Assembly: GCA_964592485.1 (NCBI GenBank)
Contig: CAZQEY010000003.1
Coordinates: forward strand, 12,218-76,217
Direction of reading: 5' to 3'
Length of the DNA: 64,000 nt
Source of the DNA: an uncultured Planctomycetales bacterium
Lineage (GTDB): Bacteria; Omnitrophota; Gorgyraeia; Gygaellales; JAHJCI01
Of the stretch, positions 24,001 through 25,907 are shown one piece after another. Under the pieces are notes generated by a model, which was given only the letters and a program-made list of their open reading frames with translations, did not search any database and was not told where the DNA came from. The translations under genes were made by a program, and so were the position numbers. Position 1 is the stretch's first letter, and the number at the start of each line of letters is the position of its first letter.

Positions 24001-24552
24001 AATAATCCTTACACTGTCAGATTACTGGATTGGAATCTTGATGAAGAGTTTCTCATCCTGGAGTATATCGACGGGTATTCACTCGAAGAAGTCGGCATGG
24101 CATTGAGAGAGTTTGGGGCGTGGACCAATGAACATATAATTGAGCTTCTACTGGCCGTGCGGGCAGTCGGAACCGCGCTGCTGTATACAGCCCGAACCTA
24201 TGAAACTCAATTGACAGATGCGTCAGGTCCCGGGAATAGTATGTTAACTTGGGAAAGTGGAGCAGTTAAGTTGTGTGATTTTGAATATGCCTTTCCCGGA
24301 CGATACCCACCTAGTCTCGGCTGGCAAATAGGACATATGCTCTATGATATAGTTACGGGACAACTCATTTATGATAAATTTATCCCTGTTCGCTATTTGA
24401 CACCGGGGGTTCCTGAAGAATTGAATAAGTTGATTTCTGACTTAATCGGAGTGAATCCAGAAGGCGTTGTTGATGTGGGTTACACCCCGAGAAACCAAGA
24501 GGCGTTCAAGAAACTCGATGAAGCCATTGCCGCTTTGCACGATAAACGATAA
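1..24552 (+). CDS. Giant multidomain protein (at least 8,159 aa from first in-window ATG at 73; frame is open back to position 1, so the gene may be 5'-truncated by the window edge). Modular enzyme/regulator fusion, see domain entries.
   Basis: Single uninterrupted ORF of 24.5 kb in frame 1; codons 1-72 upstream of first ATG contain no stop and read as charged coding-like sequence ([24 protein letters not shown]); multiple recognisable catalytic motifs along its length; stop TAA at 24550-24552. Confidence 0.85.
   Translation, partial: [8183 protein letters not shown]
220..600 (+). other. Domain of giant ORF: class I SAM-dependent methyltransferase (motif I [9 protein letters not shown])
   Basis: Glycine-rich motif I [11 protein letters not shown] followed by acidic residue and motif II/III spacing typical of Rossmann-fold MTases. 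Confidence 0.6.
815..1500 (+). other. Domain of giant ORF: HAD-superfamily hydrolase/phosphatase
   Basis: HAD motif I [9 protein letters not shown] (DxDGT) and motif IV [12 protein letters not shown] (GDxxxD) about 210 aa apart; [10 protein letters not shown] resembles motif II region. Confidence 0.6.
2443..2472 (+). repeat. Perfect 15-nt tandem duplication CAAAGAGCCTATTCC x2 inside giant ORF (encodes [10 protein letters not shown])
   Basis: Read directly. Confidence 0.8.
3400..4150 (+). other. Domain of giant ORF: radical SAM core (CxxxCxxC)
   Basis: CLNMCPFC at nt ~3460-3483 = canonical CxxxCxxC 4Fe-4S/AdoMet binding motif, followed by ~220 aa with alternating beta/alpha pattern; no other cysteines needed. 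Confidence 0.45.
6425..6960 (+). other. Domain of giant ORF: isochorismatase/cysteine-hydrolase family (nicotinamidase PncA-like)
   Basis: [12 protein letters not shown] (catalytic Asp region) and [14 protein letters not shown] (catalytic Cys in G-x-C motif) separated by ~120 aa, as in isochorismatase family. Confidence 0.6.
7650..8050 (+). other. Domain of giant ORF: TPR repeats (about 4 units)
   Basis: Repeated 34-aa units with W/L-G-Y-A-F-A-P pattern: [16 protein letters not shown]..., [16 protein letters not shown]..., [16 protein letters not shown]..., ALKLD. Confidence 0.55.
8570..9140 (+). other. Internal hydrophobic block of giant ORF: about 5-6 predicted transmembrane helices
   Basis: Long hydrophobic stretches ([61 protein letters not shown]) flanked by positively charged residues; implies giant protein spans the membrane with domains on both sides. 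Confidence 0.5.
9700..10130 (+). other. Domain of giant ORF: SAM-dependent methyltransferase module (copy 1 of an internal paralogous pair)
   Basis: [15 protein letters not shown]...VVIVDW...ELYCLDI...LKPQGIF; recognisably homologous to module at 18285-18640 ([15 protein letters not shown]...IVVCDW...ELYCIDI...LKPGAIF). Confidence 0.55.
10285..10900 (+). other. Domain of giant ORF: carbon-nitrogen hydrolase (nitrilase superfamily)
   Basis: Glu-Lys-Cys triad context: FLCLPEYYF (Glu), GKHRKVNL (Lys), IAVLLCKDV (Cys) with typical spacing (~75 and ~35 aa). Confidence 0.5.
18285..18640 (+). other. Domain of giant ORF: SAM-dependent methyltransferase module (copy 2 of internal paralogous pair)
   Basis: See 9700-10130; both copies are preceded by a conserved LPSW...DFL/DYI segment. 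Confidence 0.55.
20990..21380 (+). other. Domain of giant ORF: two tandem XRE/Cro-C1-type helix-turn-helix domains
   Basis: [34 protein letters not shown] and [33 protein letters not shown] match the HTH_XRE pattern (xLRxxxGLSQxxLAxxxGVSxxxISxxExG). Confidence 0.6.
21505..22530 (+). other. Domain of giant ORF: alanine dehydrogenase / pyridine nucleotide transhydrogenase alpha (AlaDH/PNT) N- and C-terminal domains with Rossmann GxGxxG
   Basis: [38 protein letters not shown] (AlaDH_PNT_N signature) then [13 protein letters not shown] (NAD-binding) and [11 protein letters not shown] (AlaDH C-terminal region). Confidence 0.65.
23800..24420 (+). other. C-terminal domain of giant ORF: protein-kinase-like fold (atypical; DFG replaced by DFE)
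   Basis: VIVK (beta3 Lys), ERRALH (alphaC Glu), [11 protein letters not shown] (hinge), [12 protein letters not shown] (catalytic loop D...N with one extra residue), VKLCDFEYA (DFG-like). Confidence 0.45.
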
Positions 24553-24583
24553 ACAGATGATAGTGATAGACGATAGCCATAGG

Positions 24584-24618
24584 CAGAGACGTTTTCCGGT
24601 TCAAACTGGAAACTGCAC
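24584..24618 (+). promoter_or_regulatory. Hairpin motif X1 of a 6-copy family (CAGAGACG-TTTTCC-loop-GGAAA-CTG)
   Basis: Stem TTTCC/GGAAA closed by CAG...CTG, 32 nt after giant-gene stop; same architecture as leader motifs A, C, D. Confidence 0.4.
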
Positions 24619-24632
24619 CTTCAAGCACAGCG

Positions 24633-24672
24633 CAGAGGCAGTTTCCCGATTGGGGTGGAAAGCGTCTGTAAA
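24633..24672 (+). promoter_or_regulatory. Leader motif A: CAGAGGCAGTTTCCCGATTGGGGTGGAAAGCGTCTGTAAAGAG, 20 nt upstream of membrane-protein gene
   Basis: Near-identical copy at 25334-25375 (motif C) and related copy at 25908-25950 (D); stem changes compensate (TTTCC/GGAAA; TTTCCCG/CGGGAAA; UUUCC/GGGAG with wobble) suggesting RNA hairpin in 5'UTR. Confidence 0.45.
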
Positions 24673-24775
24673 GAGAAAGGAGTGAGGCAAGATGAAAGTA
24701 ATGGATTCTAAAATACAAATTGGACCAATAATCCTTGGTATAAAAGCGTCTGTAAGGAGAAAGAAACGAGGTAAG

Positions 24776-25264
24776 ATGAAAGTAATGGATTCCAAAATAC
24801 CAATTGGATTAATAATCCTTAGTATAGCAGCAATCCTGATGGATTGTTATGTTGGATATGCATTTTTTCTAATGCTGGCAATGTCCCCAGCAGTTTATTT
24901 GTCTCCCATATTATTTTTAGCTATATCACTTTTCTTATTGCTACTTTTTATCAGCTCCATCATCGGTTTATTCCGATTAAAGAGATGGGCATACAATACA
25001 TTCGTTATGCTGACGTTAGTATTTAATTCATTATCACTTTTAATGGATATGGAGTATTTTATTAGAAGCGGGTATATTACTCTACAGACTCCACAGGTTT
25101 TCCTGATAGCTTTCATCGTAATATTTCTCTTTTATTTCCTTAAGCCCTCGACAAGCAGCTTGTTTGGGAAAAAAGAAGAATGTGGAATAAGAAACCCAAT
25201 ATCTCACCTCGCAGGTGCATGCAAAGGCATTAAGCAGGCAAGACAGAGACGCCTTCCGGTTTAA
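24776..25264 (+). CDS. Small integral membrane protein (about 162 aa, 4 predicted TM helices), paralog 1 of tandem pair; ORF can be extended to 24692 by an 84-nt duplicated chimeric 5' segment
   Basis: ORF with strong SD AGGAGTGAGG upstream (copy of leader); hydrophobic segments LIILSIAAILMDCYVGYAFFLML, ILFLAISLFLLLLFISSIIGLF, AYNTFVMLTLVFNSLSLLM, VFLIAFIVIFLFYFL; 78% identical to downstream paralog. Confidence 0.7.
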   Translation: MKVMDSKIPIGLIILSIAAILMDCYVGYAFFLMLAMSPAVYLSPILFLAISLFLLLLFISSIIGLFRLKRWAYNTFVMLTLVFNSLSLLMDMEYFIRSGYITLQTPQVFLIAFIVIFLFYFLKPSTSSLFGKKEECGIRNPISHLAGACKGIKQARQRRLPV

Positions 25265-25291
25265 AGCAAAGCGAAGCGGAAAGCGTCCTTG
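25244..25291 (+). promoter_or_regulatory. Hairpin motif X2 (CAGAGACG-CCTTCC-loop-GGAAAG) overlapping 3' end of membrane-protein gene 1
   Basis: Same CAGAGACG head and YTTCC...GGAAA stem as X1 and leaders A/C/D. Confidence 0.35.
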
Positions 25292-25333
25292 AGTATAGAA
25301 ATTGATAAAAAACACCTTCCAACACAACGTAAA

Positions 25334-25375
25334 AGCAGTTTCCCGATTGGCGGGAAAGCGTCTGTAGGGTGTAAA
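25334..25375 (+). promoter_or_regulatory. Leader motif C (GCAGTTTCCCGATTGGCGGGAAAGCGTCTGTAGGG) upstream of membrane-protein gene 2
   Basis: See motif A; followed by identical SD AGGAGTGAGGCAAGATG. Confidence 0.45.
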
Positions 25376-25394
25376 GAGAAAGGAGTGAGGCAAG

Positions 25395-25832
25395 ATGAAA
25401 CTGATGAACCCTAAAATACCAATTGGATTGATAATACTTAGTATAGTAGCAATCCTGATGGACTGTTATGCCGGATATGCATTTTTTATTATGTTAGCAA
25501 GGCATACAGCAGTTTATGTATCCCCCATATTATTTTTAGCTACATCACTTTTCTTATCGGTAGTTTTTATTATTCCCATCATTGGTTTGTTCCGATTAAA
25601 GAGATGGGCATACAATACATTCGTTATGCTGACATTGATATTTAATTCGTTGTTACTTTTAATGGATATGGAGTATTTTATTAGAAAAGGGTATATTACT
25701 CTACAGGCTCCACAGGTTTTCCTGATAGCTTTCATCGTAATATTTCTCTTTTATTTCCTTAAGCCCTCGACAAGCAGCTTGTTTGAAAAAAAAGAAGAGT
25801 GCAGAGTAAGAGACCAATATTACATCTGGTAG
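25395..25832 (+). CDS. Small integral membrane protein (145 aa, 4 TM), paralog 2 of tandem pair
   Basis: ORF, SD, 4 hydrophobic helices; LFRLKRWAYNTFVMLTL and C-terminal FLKPSTSSLF conserved with paralog 1. Confidence 0.75.
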   Translation: MKLMNPKIPIGLIILSIVAILMDCYAGYAFFIMLARHTAVYVSPILFLATSLFLSVVFIIPIIGLFRLKRWAYNTFVMLTLIFNSLLLLMDMEYFIRKGYITLQAPQVFLIAFIVIFLFYFLKPSTSSLFEKKEECRVRDQYYIW

Positions 25833-25907
25833 GATGACGCAAAGGCATCAAGCATCATTTATTAGATAATGGAAGAATGAAAGAAAAAAGATATCTTCCA
25901 ACGCAAT

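Noticed and set aside
24895-25116. Pair of 73-aa minus-strand ORFs (24895-25116 and 25514-25735) with near-identical sequences
   Set aside because: They are conserved only because they lie antisense to the duplicated membrane-protein genes. There is no independent start signal, and the composition is that of an antisense translation.
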